Source: Candidatus Onthoplasma sp. (lineage in GTDB: Bacteria; Bacillota; Clostridia; Christensenellales; UBA1242). Taken from it: a stretch of DNA of 38,639 nt. Of this stretch, positions 7,659-14,815 are shown piece by piece. The stretch's first letter is position 1. Each line of letters opens with the position of its first letter. The stretch spans positions 1 through 38,639 of the forward strand of contig JAZUAB010000009.1 of NCBI GenBank assembly GCA_045637745.1. The letters are read 5' to 3'. The notes under the pieces were generated by a model. It searched no databases. It was not told the origin of the DNA and saw nothing but the letters and a program-made list of their open reading frames with translations. The position numbers and the translations under genes are program-made.

Positions 7659-8312
7659 ATGAGAGATTTTATATTTGAATTTGAACAAAAACAAGCATTA
7701 AAGTTTAATTTAAAGTTAAATGAGCTTCTATTGCTTGACTACATGTTGAAATTCTTCACATCAGATCAAATTAGAAAAAAACAAAAAGGAGAGAGATTAT
7801 ATTGTAAATTAACCTACAATAAGGTTTTAACGGATCTTCCAATTCTTAGAATAAAGGAAAGGCAATTAAGAAACATGATAATCCAATTAGAAAATAAAGG
7901 TTTTGTAGAAAGGTTATCAGAACTTAAAAACCAAATGTATCTGTATGTTGATTTTGACAGGTTGCTCGGCACTGATTTGCTGTTTGGTTCTAATGGACAA
8001 GCAATAAATTTCCTAAATGTCGGTAAGAATTTGCCAACAATAGATAATTATAATATTAAAAAAATAAAAATAAATGTTACTAACGCGCGTATACAAGAAC
8101 TAGATTTGGATTTGTTTAATAGTGAATTACATAAGCTTTTAAAAGAAAAAGTTAGTAAAGTATCATATGATTTATTCTTTAATAGTATTAAAGCCTGCCA
8201 AGTAGATGCTGATGAAATTATATTTGATGCTAAATATAAAGAGCAGATTGAAAAATCATTTATGAACAAATTTACATCTATTGTAAATGAAGCTGTATCT
8301 AATATAACCTAA
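7659..8312 (+). CDS. Winged-helix protein, putative replication initiator/organizer (RepA_N- or DnaD-like N-terminus)
   Basis: LNELLLLDYMLKFF...LTYNKVLTDLPILRIKERQLRNMIIQLENKGFVERL resembles wHTH plasmid/phage initiator N-domains. Strong AAAGGAG RBS. Repeat arrays flank it on both sides. Confidence 0.4.
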   Translation: MRDFIFEFEQKQALKFNLKLNELLLLDYMLKFFTSDQIRKKQKGERLYCKLTYNKVLTDLPILRIKERQLRNMIIQLENKGFVERLSELKNQMYLYVDFDRLLGTDLLFGSNGQAINFLNVGKNLPTIDNYNIKKIKINVTNARIQELDLDLFNSELHKLLKEKVSKVSYDLFFNSIKACQVDADEIIFDAKYKEQIEKSFMNKFTSIVNEAVSNIT

Positions 8313-8389
8313 CACCCCCACCAGGGGCGGTCAAATCTCTAGGCTAAATGTGTTAAAAAGCGGGCAGGCAGTCGCTCAAATATTTTCGC

Positions 8390-8507
8390 AAAATCAAAAA
8401 TCAAAATTAAAATAGGTTTATGGCTTGTAAACCATCATAAACAAGTGTAAAATCGTTGATTTTGATTTCATAAACAAATCAAAAAATAATCAAAATAAAT
8501 CAAAAAT
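8390..8507. repeat. AT-rich region with about 6 copies of an AATCAAAA(T/A) iteron (one inverted); candidate replication origin
   Basis: AAATCAAAAATCAAAATT (8391-8408), inverted GATTTTGATTT (8458-8468), AAATCAAAAAA (8476-8486), AATCAAAAT (8489-8497) and AAATCAAAAATT (8498-8509). GGCGGTC copies bracket the region at 8326 and 8512. Confidence 0.55.
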
Positions 8508-8825
8508 TCTAGGCGGTCGGCAATTTTATGTTTTGAAAAGCCGTCATTTGCCGTTGTTTGAAAAGTTTATGGATTTTAGATAAATTGATGGCGAAAGTAT
8601 GTTTCGTGGCTCCTGCGGGGCGTTTTCGAAGATATTTGGACAAGCAAAACATTATTTCAAAAATACAAAGTTAAAAAGATACAAGATTACAAAATTACAA
8701 GGTTTTAAAGATATAAACTTTTTAAATTTATTTTTGCTGTTTCACTGGACTTGTTGAGTTCTTTGCGGTACTTTTGATGTTGCATAGAACCACAAGTCTG
8801 GAGGAATTCAGCACTTGGAGGTATT

Positions 8826-9044
8826 ATGAAAAGAATTAGAACTATTACAGAAACATTACAAATGCTAAAAACCGAAGATCCAAATACTGGACTTAGCGAA
8901 TTTTTAATAAGAAAACTTGCAAACAATCACAAGATCCGTTCATTTAAGACGGGCAACAAAATATTAGTTGACTACGATTCATTGATGGCGTTCTTGCAAA
9001 GTCAAGATTATGACCTACCAATGGAACAAATCGTGGTTAGATAA
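8826..9044 (+). CDS. Excisionase-like HTH DNA-binding protein (Xis/DUF6462-like)
   Basis: 72 aa reading IRTITETLQMLKTEDPNTGLSEFLIRKL...FKTGNKILVDYDSLMAFL, immediately upstream of the integrase. GGAGG RBS. Confidence 0.65.
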   Translation: MKRIRTITETLQMLKTEDPNTGLSEFLIRKLANNHKIRSFKTGNKILVDYDSLMAFLQSQDYDLPMEQIVVR

Positions 9045-9057
9045 AAGGAGAAAACAT

Positions 9058-10449
9058 ATGGCATGTATACAAAAAAATAAACTACAAGACGGTTCAGTGT
9101 CTTACCGAATTCAAGTAAAGGCAAAGAACATACGAACTGGAAAGTTTGAAGCCAAATCAATCACTTGGCGCAAACCTTTAGATATAACCGAAAATCAAGC
9201 AAAGAAAGAACTTAATCGTATCGCCGTCGATTTAGAAGAAAAGTTCAATAAGCAACTTAATGGCCTTCTTTCACTAGACAATGAAGTAACCTTTATTGAC
9301 TATGCTGAAAGGTGGCTAGAAAAAATCAATCATACTCGCTCACTCAACTACTATATACGAGGTCGAGATAGTATAAGAAAATTCCATAAATACTTTGGCA
9401 ATATTAAACTAAATCAAATAACGCCCGTTATGGTGCAAGGTTTTATAGACGAAATGGTGTCTAAAAAGTATGAAAAGAAATCAGCAATACTTACTGGCGA
9501 CATCAATCAGTATTTAAAGTCGCATCGTATCAAGCAGATTGATATTATTAGGCAAAGTGGACTTTCAAAATCCATTTTCGTATCAGCAAATGCTAAACAT
9601 AGCATAAGAATTGAAAATGCTCAAAAGATATGCGATGCGATTGGAATTAACTACGATGATTACTTTACAACAGAGATAAAAAGCCAACATTATGCCAAAG
9701 AAACAGTTTTAAGATACAAAAGGATGTTACACACAATACTAGCCGATGCTAAAAGGCAAAGGCTGGTGGAACATAATTTTGCATCAAGCGACTATTTAAC
9801 GCCAATTAAAGGCTATAAAAAAGAAATTAAAATACTTAATGATAAAGAGGCAAAGGTTCTAGCCAACTATTTACACACCGAACCTAATCCAAGATGGAAA
9901 ATCGCATTGTTTATAGTATTATTTATGGGATTAAGGCGTGGCGAACTTGCTGGCCTAGAGTGGAAAGATATTGACTATGAAAACAAAACTATGACAATCG
10001 CAAGGTCGGTGCAAGATATTCCAGGCTTTGGCCTTATCACAAAAGAACCTAAAACCGAAAACTCAAAACGCACAATCTCAATGCCAAATAAACTAATTAA
10101 TTACTTAAAGGAATATGAAATTTATTGGCACGAACAAAAAGCATATCTTGGCGACCGCCTTGGCAATACCGACCGATTATTCTGCACCGAAGATGGCACA
10201 AACATCTCCCCTGGTATGTTTATAGTGTGGCTACATAAAACCCTAGACAAAGCAGGCTTGCCACAAGTCTCACTCCACTCACTACGCCACACAAACATAA
10301 CCTTACAACTAATCGCAGGTGTAGATATGAAAACAGTCTCCACCCGTGCAGGCCACTCAAAAGCATCAACTACTAGCGACTTCTATAGCCACTTCATCAA
10401 GAACTCCGACATCCACGCCAGCGAAATAATTAATAAAATTTTTGAATAA
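9058..10449 (+). CDS. int: Tyrosine site-specific integrase (Tn916/phage-integrase family) with an internal XRE-like HTH insertion
   Basis: Catalytic signature GLRRGELAGLEW (R), LHSLRHT (HxxR) and TSDFYSH (Y). The start was moved from 9010 to the ATG at 9058, which follows AAAAGGAG. Confidence 0.9.
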   Translation: MACIQKNKLQDGSVSYRIQVKAKNIRTGKFEAKSITWRKPLDITENQAKKELNRIAVDLEEKFNKQLNGLLSLDNEVTFIDYAERWLEKINHTRSLNYYIRGRDSIRKFHKYFGNIKLNQITPVMVQGFIDEMVSKKYEKKSAILTGDINQYLKSHRIKQIDIIRQSGLSKSIFVSANAKHSIRIENAQKICDAIGINYDDYFTTEIKSQHYAKETVLRYKRMLHTILADAKRQRLVEHNFASSDYLTPIKGYKKEIKILNDKEAKVLANYLHTEPNPRWKIALFIVLFMGLRRGELAGLEWKDIDYENKTMTIARSVQDIPGFGLITKEPKTENSKRTISMPNKLINYLKEYEIYWHEQKAYLGDRLGNTDRLFCTEDGTNISPGMFIVWLHKTLDKAGLPQVSLHSLRHTNITLQLIAGVDMKTVSTRAGHSKASTTSDFYSHFIKNSDIHASEIINKIFE

Positions 10450-10513
10450 AGTAAAAATAATGATGACATTTTATCAATTTTATGATATAATTTCTTCATA
10501 CAAAGGAGTTGTT

Positions 10514-11620
10514 ATGGCATACAAAGAAAGAAAAAATATTTATAAAAAAATTGAAGAAAAAAGAAATAGACCATTAATTGTCTATGTAACATCTATAAGA
10601 CCTAATCTTTCCAGCAATATGGGTGGTGATGCCATCGCAGAAATAATAGAGCAAATTCAACTAATTCCTGAAGACAAAAAAGAAGTTGATTTTATGATTA
10701 TAAGCAATGGCGGTGATGCCATTGTGGCTCTTAGAATAATAAGTATGTTAAGAGAGAGATTTGACAAGGTGTCTGTATTGTTGCCATATGTTGCTTATAG
10801 TGCAGCAACAATCTTATCTTTAGGTGCGGACGATATAGTAATGCATCCATTTTCGAACCTTGGACCCATAGATCCACAGCTCACAACAATTAAAAAGAAT
10901 CAGCAAGGACAAACAGAACAAAGAAGTTTTAGCTCGGAAGATTTAAGGAACTTTATTGATTTTATAAAAACAGATGTTGGCGTTACAGACCAACAACATT
11001 TAATTACTGCTATATCTCCTTTGCTAAATGATATAGGAGCATTACCAATAGGGAACGCTAAGAGAAGCCAGCAATTATCTCTATCTTTAAGTGAAAAAAT
11101 GCTTAATTTACATTTGCAAGACAAAAACAAGAGTAAAAATATTGCTAAACAATTAAATTCTTCATATTATCATCATGGGTATGCTGTCGGAAGAAAAGAA
11201 GCTCAAGAAATTGGGCTTGATATTGTTATTCCAGACAATGAACTGGAAAATTTATTATGGGAAGTTTGGCAAGACTTTTCTAATGAAATGAACGCAAATA
11301 CAGTATTTGATCCCGTAAGAGAACTTTTTACAAATCCAGAATCAAGTGAAATTTTATCAAAAGTTCCAGTCGTGGAAATTCCTGCTAACACTCCACAACC
11401 TTTGATACAAAATTTGTATGTACAATTATCTCAACAGGCTGCAAGAGTTGAAAATAAACCAACAATCAGAATGAAACATTTAATTGCATCTATTGAAAGC
11501 ACAAATTTAGCCAAAGCTTCATATGCTAATAGTGATATAGCTTATTGGAGGAACATGGATATGAGTATAGGTTTTAATTGTACTATATTCCCAACAGGTT
11601 GGACAAAATATAATCAATAG
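10514..11620 (+). CDS. ClpP/SppA-fold serine protease of the SDH (serine dehydrogenase proteinase) type
   Basis: RPLIVYVTS...FMIISNGGDAIVALRIISMLRERF...LLPYVAYSAATILSLGADDIVMHPFSNLGPIDPQ. The start was moved to the ATG at 10514, which follows AAAGGAG. Confidence 0.7.
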   Translation: MAYKERKNIYKKIEEKRNRPLIVYVTSIRPNLSSNMGGDAIAEIIEQIQLIPEDKKEVDFMIISNGGDAIVALRIISMLRERFDKVSVLLPYVAYSAATILSLGADDIVMHPFSNLGPIDPQLTTIKKNQQGQTEQRSFSSEDLRNFIDFIKTDVGVTDQQHLITAISPLLNDIGALPIGNAKRSQQLSLSLSEKMLNLHLQDKNKSKNIAKQLNSSYYHHGYAVGRKEAQEIGLDIVIPDNELENLLWEVWQDFSNEMNANTVFDPVRELFTNPESSEILSKVPVVEIPANTPQPLIQNLYVQLSQQAARVENKPTIRMKHLIASIESTNLAKASYANSDIAYWRNMDMSIGFNCTIFPTGWTKYNQ

Positions 11621-11629
11621 GAGGATAAG

Positions 11630-11824
11630 ATGAATAATAATTTCATAACAAATTCATTAAAGTTTAATGAATATAATCCTTTTACAATAAGTTCAACGCA
11701 TACTGATATTGTTCGGATTAGTGGAACAATTCCTAAAGAAGAAGTGGAAAAATTGTCTAAAAGGAAAGAAAAACCAACCACAAGAGATATTAAAATAAAA
11801 AAAAATAAAAAGACGCCTAATTAA
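11630..11824 (+). CDS. Small hypothetical protein (64 aa, Lys-rich C-terminus), probably co-transcribed with the protease
   Basis: A strong TAGGAGG RBS lies 6 nt before the ATG, there is a 9-nt gap after the protease stop, and a terminator overlaps its own stop codon. Confidence 0.55.
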   Translation: MNNNFITNSLKFNEYNPFTISSTHTDIVRISGTIPKEEVEKLSKRKEKPTTRDIKIKKNKKTPN

Positions 11825-11836
11825 GCGTCTTTTTTG
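11807..11836 (+). terminator. Rho-independent terminator at the island edge
   Basis: AGACGC (11810-11815) pairs with GCGTCT (11824-11829), followed by a T-run. It ends 2 nt before the tRNA 3' end. Confidence 0.8.
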
Positions 11837-11838
11837 TA

Positions 11839-11915
11839 TGGTGTGAGTAGGCAGATTTGAACTGCCGGCCTGTCGCTTAGGAGGCGACCGCTCTATCCAG
11901 CTGAGCTATACCCAC
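11839..11915 (-). tRNA. tRNA-Arg (anticodon CCU) with encoded CCA
   Basis: The minus strand reads GUGGGUA-UA-GCUC-AGCUGGAUA-GAGC-G-GUCGC-CUCCUAA-GCGAC-AGGCC-GGCAG-UUCAAAU-CUGCC-UACUCAC-A-CCA. This is a full cloverleaf with one G-U pair in the acceptor stem. Confidence 0.9.
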
Positions 11916-12096
11916 ATATTAAAATTTGGGATTGTATTTTGAGTGGTTAATTAAGTATGAAAATTGGGGATTTCGGTGGTTAAAATTCGGTTTTGGTGCA
12001 GATTGGGTGCAATTTGGTTTTAGGATTGGCATGTGGTGGTTGATAGTGTGCTTGTTTTAAGTGGATTGTGAGTGTTAAATTTAGTCGCATTAGAAA

Positions 12097-12135
12097 CTTA
12101 GGAGGGAATTGTTATCTCCATTTAACTAAGGGAAT
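12097..12135. repeat. Copy 1 of a 39-nt repeat resembling (on the minus strand) the 5' half of a tRNA-Arg(CCU)
   Basis: CTTAGGAGGGAATTGTTATCTCCATTTAACTAAGGGAAT matches 12280-12318 at 34 of 39 positions. It shares CTTAGGAGG and ATCCA with the genuine tRNA. Confidence 0.7.
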
Positions 12136-12279
12136 ATAGATAGAATTACAATTTTTATATAGAATTTGGACTAAAAAGTGGAAGAAAGGTGGAAAATTTA
12201 AGATAACTAAAACCCCTAGTTCCCTAAAACCACTATTTTATAGTAGTTCTAGGGAATTAGAAAGCGGGTTTACCAACCG

Positions 12280-12318
12280 CTTAGGAGGGGGCTGTTATAT
12301 CCATTTAACTAAGGGAAC
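12280..12318. repeat. Copy 2 of the tRNA-half-like repeat, part of a 100-nt cloverleaf-like fold (12219-12318)
   Basis: CTTAGGAGGGGGCTGTTATATCCATTTAACTAAGGGAAC. GTTCCCT (12219-12225) pairs with AGGGAAC (12312-12318) and encloses four hairpins. Confidence 0.6.
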
Positions 12319-12402
12319 TATTTAAGTTGTATATTGTTTAAAAACAAACATATGATAGCACATTATATTATTTTGGGCAATAATTTTTGCAATTTAAATA
12401 GG

Positions 12403-13239
12403 CTATTCCTTATTCATAAACAATATGCCCAGCGTCCCTGGCCCACAATGCGAACTAATGGTCGAGCCAGCACGCACATCATAAACATTTTCAAATCCAT
12501 ACTCGCGCAATTTTTGGCATATTTGTTCACTTATAGGCATATCGCTGGAATGAGTGCAAAATGCAACGGTTTTTTCAGGATCATTTCCATTTAATGTATC
12601 ATCTACATATTTAATTAGACAGTTGTTAATGTTTCCCATATATTTTTTAGCCACATCCATTTTGCCATCTTTTACTAAGATTTTTGGTTTAATCTTAAGC
12701 AACTTTGATCCAACAAGCGCAACAGCACTACATCTTCCACCCTTGTGCAAATATGTTAAAGTGTCAACCAAAAAACTGGCTTGAACTCTATCGGTCATGG
12801 CTTTAATTTTTTCAACAATCTCACCAGCACTCAATTCACCTTCAGAGACCATTTCAGCGCATTTAATAACCAACAATGCTATTCCCGAAGATAATGACTT
12901 AGAATCCACAACGTGAACATTCAATCCATCCGCGCCCGCTATAGCATTTAAACAAGACGATGTCATTTTGCTTGACAATGAAAAATGAATCACATCATCA
13001 TATTGTTTTAGGATGTCAACAAAATATGACCTAAACTTATCTGAGCTAATTGCAGCAGTTTTAGGTAAAGAACCCGTTTGCTTTACATAAGCAAACAAGT
13101 CATCAGTTGTGACATCAACGCCGTCCACGCACTCCTTGTCGCCAAGAATAACATAGTATGGCATTGTAAAAATATTGTATTTTTGTTTTAACTCTTGTGG
13201 AATATCACAAGCACTATCTACAGATATTGCAATTTTCAT
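12403..13239 (-). CDS. DegV family fatty-acid-binding protein
   Basis: MKIAISVDSACDIP start, FLVDTLTYLHKGGR motif and 278-aa length. Confidence 0.85.
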   Translation of the reverse strand: MKIAISVDSACDIPQELKQKYNIFTMPYYVILGDKECVDGVDVTTDDLFAYVKQTGSLPKTAAISSDKFRSYFVDILKQYDDVIHFSLSSKMTSSCLNAIAGADGLNVHVVDSKSLSSGIALLVIKCAEMVSEGELSAGEIVEKIKAMTDRVQASFLVDTLTYLHKGGRCSAVALVGSKLLKIKPKILVKDGKMDVAKKYMGNINNCLIKYVDDTLNGNDPEKTVAFCTHSSDMPISEQICQKLREYGFENVYDVRAGSTISSHCGPGTLGILFMNKE

Positions 13240-13261
13240 AACACTTCCCTCTTATCATCAT

Positions 13262-13290
13262 ATTCTACCACTAAATATGTTTTAAGTCAA
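13262..13290 (-). promoter_or_regulatory. Candidate sigma-A promoter of the degV-family gene
   Basis: On the minus strand: TTGACT, a 17-nt spacer, then TAGAAT, about 20 nt upstream of the RBS AAGAGGGAAG. Confidence 0.5.
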
Positions 13291-13481
13291 ATATTTATAA
13301 ACAATAATCCGCCATAACAAAACATTGCTTTAAATTTAATTCAAAATGTCATCGGGTTACAAGCCATTCTGACAATCCAGGTATGGTTGAGTCCTATAGG
13401 TAACAACATCTTTAATTTAAATAGTACATATTGGATTGTTCTTACAAATAAAAAAAACACTTTTTCAAGTGCTTTTATATT

Positions 13482-13949
13482 TTAATTCAAAATCCAGCAG
13501 GCCAAATTCAAACAGGTCGCTATTGACAGCCATAATGGGTATATAGTTAAAAAATATGAAAAGAACATATCCTTCTTATGCATTAGTGTAATCATTACAG
13601 CACCAATAATTAAATTTAGTACTATTGCAATTAATCCCCACAACAAACTATTTAAAGTAAAGAACAACAAACACCATACAACATTCAATACACCATTAAC
13701 AATTAGCAAAATCACAATTTCCTTATCTAGCCTATCATTTTTAATAGCAAAGTATAAATATATAGCAAATGCAATATATATAACACTCCAAATTATTGGA
13801 ATAACAATATTTGGCACCCATTCGCTAGGCTTAACCAGAGTATCAAACCAATCCATTCCACGATTTACAAATATTGAACCTAATACGGCAACTAACACAA
13901 CCGCTCCAATGGCTATAATTGTTTTTACTGTTTTATTTTCCATCATCAT
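13482..13949 (-). CDS. tspO: TspO/MBR family (tryptophan-rich sensory) membrane protein
   Basis: WFDTLVKPSEWVPNIVIPIIWSVIYIAFAIY, five predicted TM segments, about 155 aa. Confidence 0.75.
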   Translation of the reverse strand: MMMENKTVKTIIAIGAVVLVAVLGSIFVNRGMDWFDTLVKPSEWVPNIVIPIIWSVIYIAFAIYLYFAIKNDRLDKEIVILLIVNGVLNVVWCLLFFTLNSLLWGLIAIVLNLIIGAVMITLMHKKDMFFSYFLTIYPLWLSIATCLNLACWILN

Positions 13950-14104
13950 AATATTTATTATATTCTCAAATTATTATTTTTATTCCAATTAAATTTAAAT
14001 TATTGTGTAGAATTTATTTGTTTATTGTCTTATTTTAATGATTTGTTAATATGTTAATTAATTTATTTTTAATTTTATCAAAATAAAAAATAACATTATT
14101 TTTG

Positions 14105-14710
14105 CTATTTTTTAAAATATTTTTTGCTTATTTTTTTTATATAATTTTCCAATGTTTCAAATTCCATATCTAAACTATTAATCCAATCACGATATGCAAA
14201 CACTAGCCCACCAGTAAACATACTAACATTTAACATAAATTCATCGTCATCTCGCGCGTGACCGAATTTCACAAAGTTATCAACAACAATATTACTTAAC
14301 AACTCCTTTAGCATCAATGTTATTCGATTAAAACAATTTGTATTAATAATTGTTTTTAAATATTTTTTATCAAGTTGAATATATTCACCAATTTTTTCAA
14401 TCAATATTGACATATTGTTATATATATCAATGTTTTCCATTTCGTGCTTAAGCGAGTTATAGCATTCATACACATCTCTTTCAATATCTGCAATAACATC
14501 ATTCAAACTTTTATAATGCAAATAAAATGTAGCACGATAAATCCCTGCAACCTTAACCAAATCTGTAATATTTATTTTAGACAATTCCTTTTCATTTAAA
14601 AGTTCTAACAACGCTAATTTTATTTTTGTGGTTGTCTTTTTGGTATCGCCATACAAGCGTCTATTTTCCACCGCTTTAATATTAACCTTATCAATCTTTA
14701 TATCAGTCAT
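14105..14710 (-). CDS. TetR/AcrR family transcriptional regulator
   Basis: N-terminal HTH IKLALLELLNEKELSKINITDLVKVAGIYRATFYLHYKS. The internal start MTDIKIDK at 14710 is preferred over the ORF-track start at 14782. Confidence 0.75.
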   Translation of the reverse strand: MTDIKIDKVNIKAVENRRLYGDTKKTTTKIKLALLELLNEKELSKINITDLVKVAGIYRATFYLHYKSLNDVIADIERDVYECYNSLKHEMENIDIYNNMSILIEKIGEYIQLDKKYLKTIINTNCFNRITLMLKELLSNIVVDNFVKFGHARDDDEFMLNVSMFTGGLVFAYRDWINSLDMEFETLENYIKKISKKYFKK

Positions 14711-14785
14711 ATTTTTTGATCCTACATATATTATATCAATTCGCTGAAATTTTTCCAAGCATAAATCAAATATTTTTATCAATAT

Positions 14786-14812
14786 AAAAAGCGAGGATCA
14801 CCCTCGCTTAAA
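14786..14812 (-). terminator. Rho-independent terminator downstream of the GLUG-type protein gene
   Basis: GCGAGG (14791-14796) pairs with CCTCGC (14802-14807) around a 5-nt loop, with a U-run on the minus strand. Confidence 0.7.
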
Positions 14813-14815
14813 TTT

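Larger units (their letters stand above)
1..11838. mobile_element. Integrative accessory island abutting the tRNA-Arg 3' end. The left boundary was not identified; it may extend beyond the window or be two nested modules.
   Basis: A tyrosine integrase and Xis-like gene lie near a tRNA 3' end. The region also has a serine recombinase, a rep-like gene with iterons, and defence-type cargo. No tRNA-derived direct repeat was found at the left side. Confidence 0.55.

Noticed and set aside
8705-8926. 73-aa minus-strand ORF overlapping the xis-like gene start
   Set aside because: It overlaps the better-supported plus-strand xis-like gene and its promoter region, and no RBS or motif was found.
9010-9057. 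Upstream ATG at 9010 as the integrase start, overlapping the Xis-like gene
   Set aside because: The ATG at 9058 is preceded by AAAAGGAG at proper spacing and gives the typical integrase N-terminus. The 9010 start has no RBS and lies inside the xis ORF.
10442-10513. ORF-track start at 10442 for the protease gene
   Set aside because: It overlaps the integrase stop and has no RBS. The ATG at 10514 follows AAAGGAG and begins the conserved region.
1-11838. Island interpreted as a prophage or a full conjugative element
   Set aside because: No capsid, tail, terminase or lysis genes and no relaxase or T4SS genes are present within it. It looks like a small integrative (possibly mobilisable or replicative) island. 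The T4CP at 27-29 kb is about 15 kb away, beyond housekeeping-type genes.
12219-12318. Possible additional, unusually long (100 nt) tRNA gene on the minus strand with a CCU anticodon loop
   Set aside because: There is no canonical T-arm or T-loop, the anticodon stem has a C-C mismatch, and two extra hairpins replace the variable and T region. It is reported as a tRNA-like repeat, not as a tRNA.
12334-12594. 86-aa plus-strand ORF at the 3' end of degV
   Set aside because: It is antisense to a clearly recognisable DegV coding sequence, with no RBS and an implausible composition.
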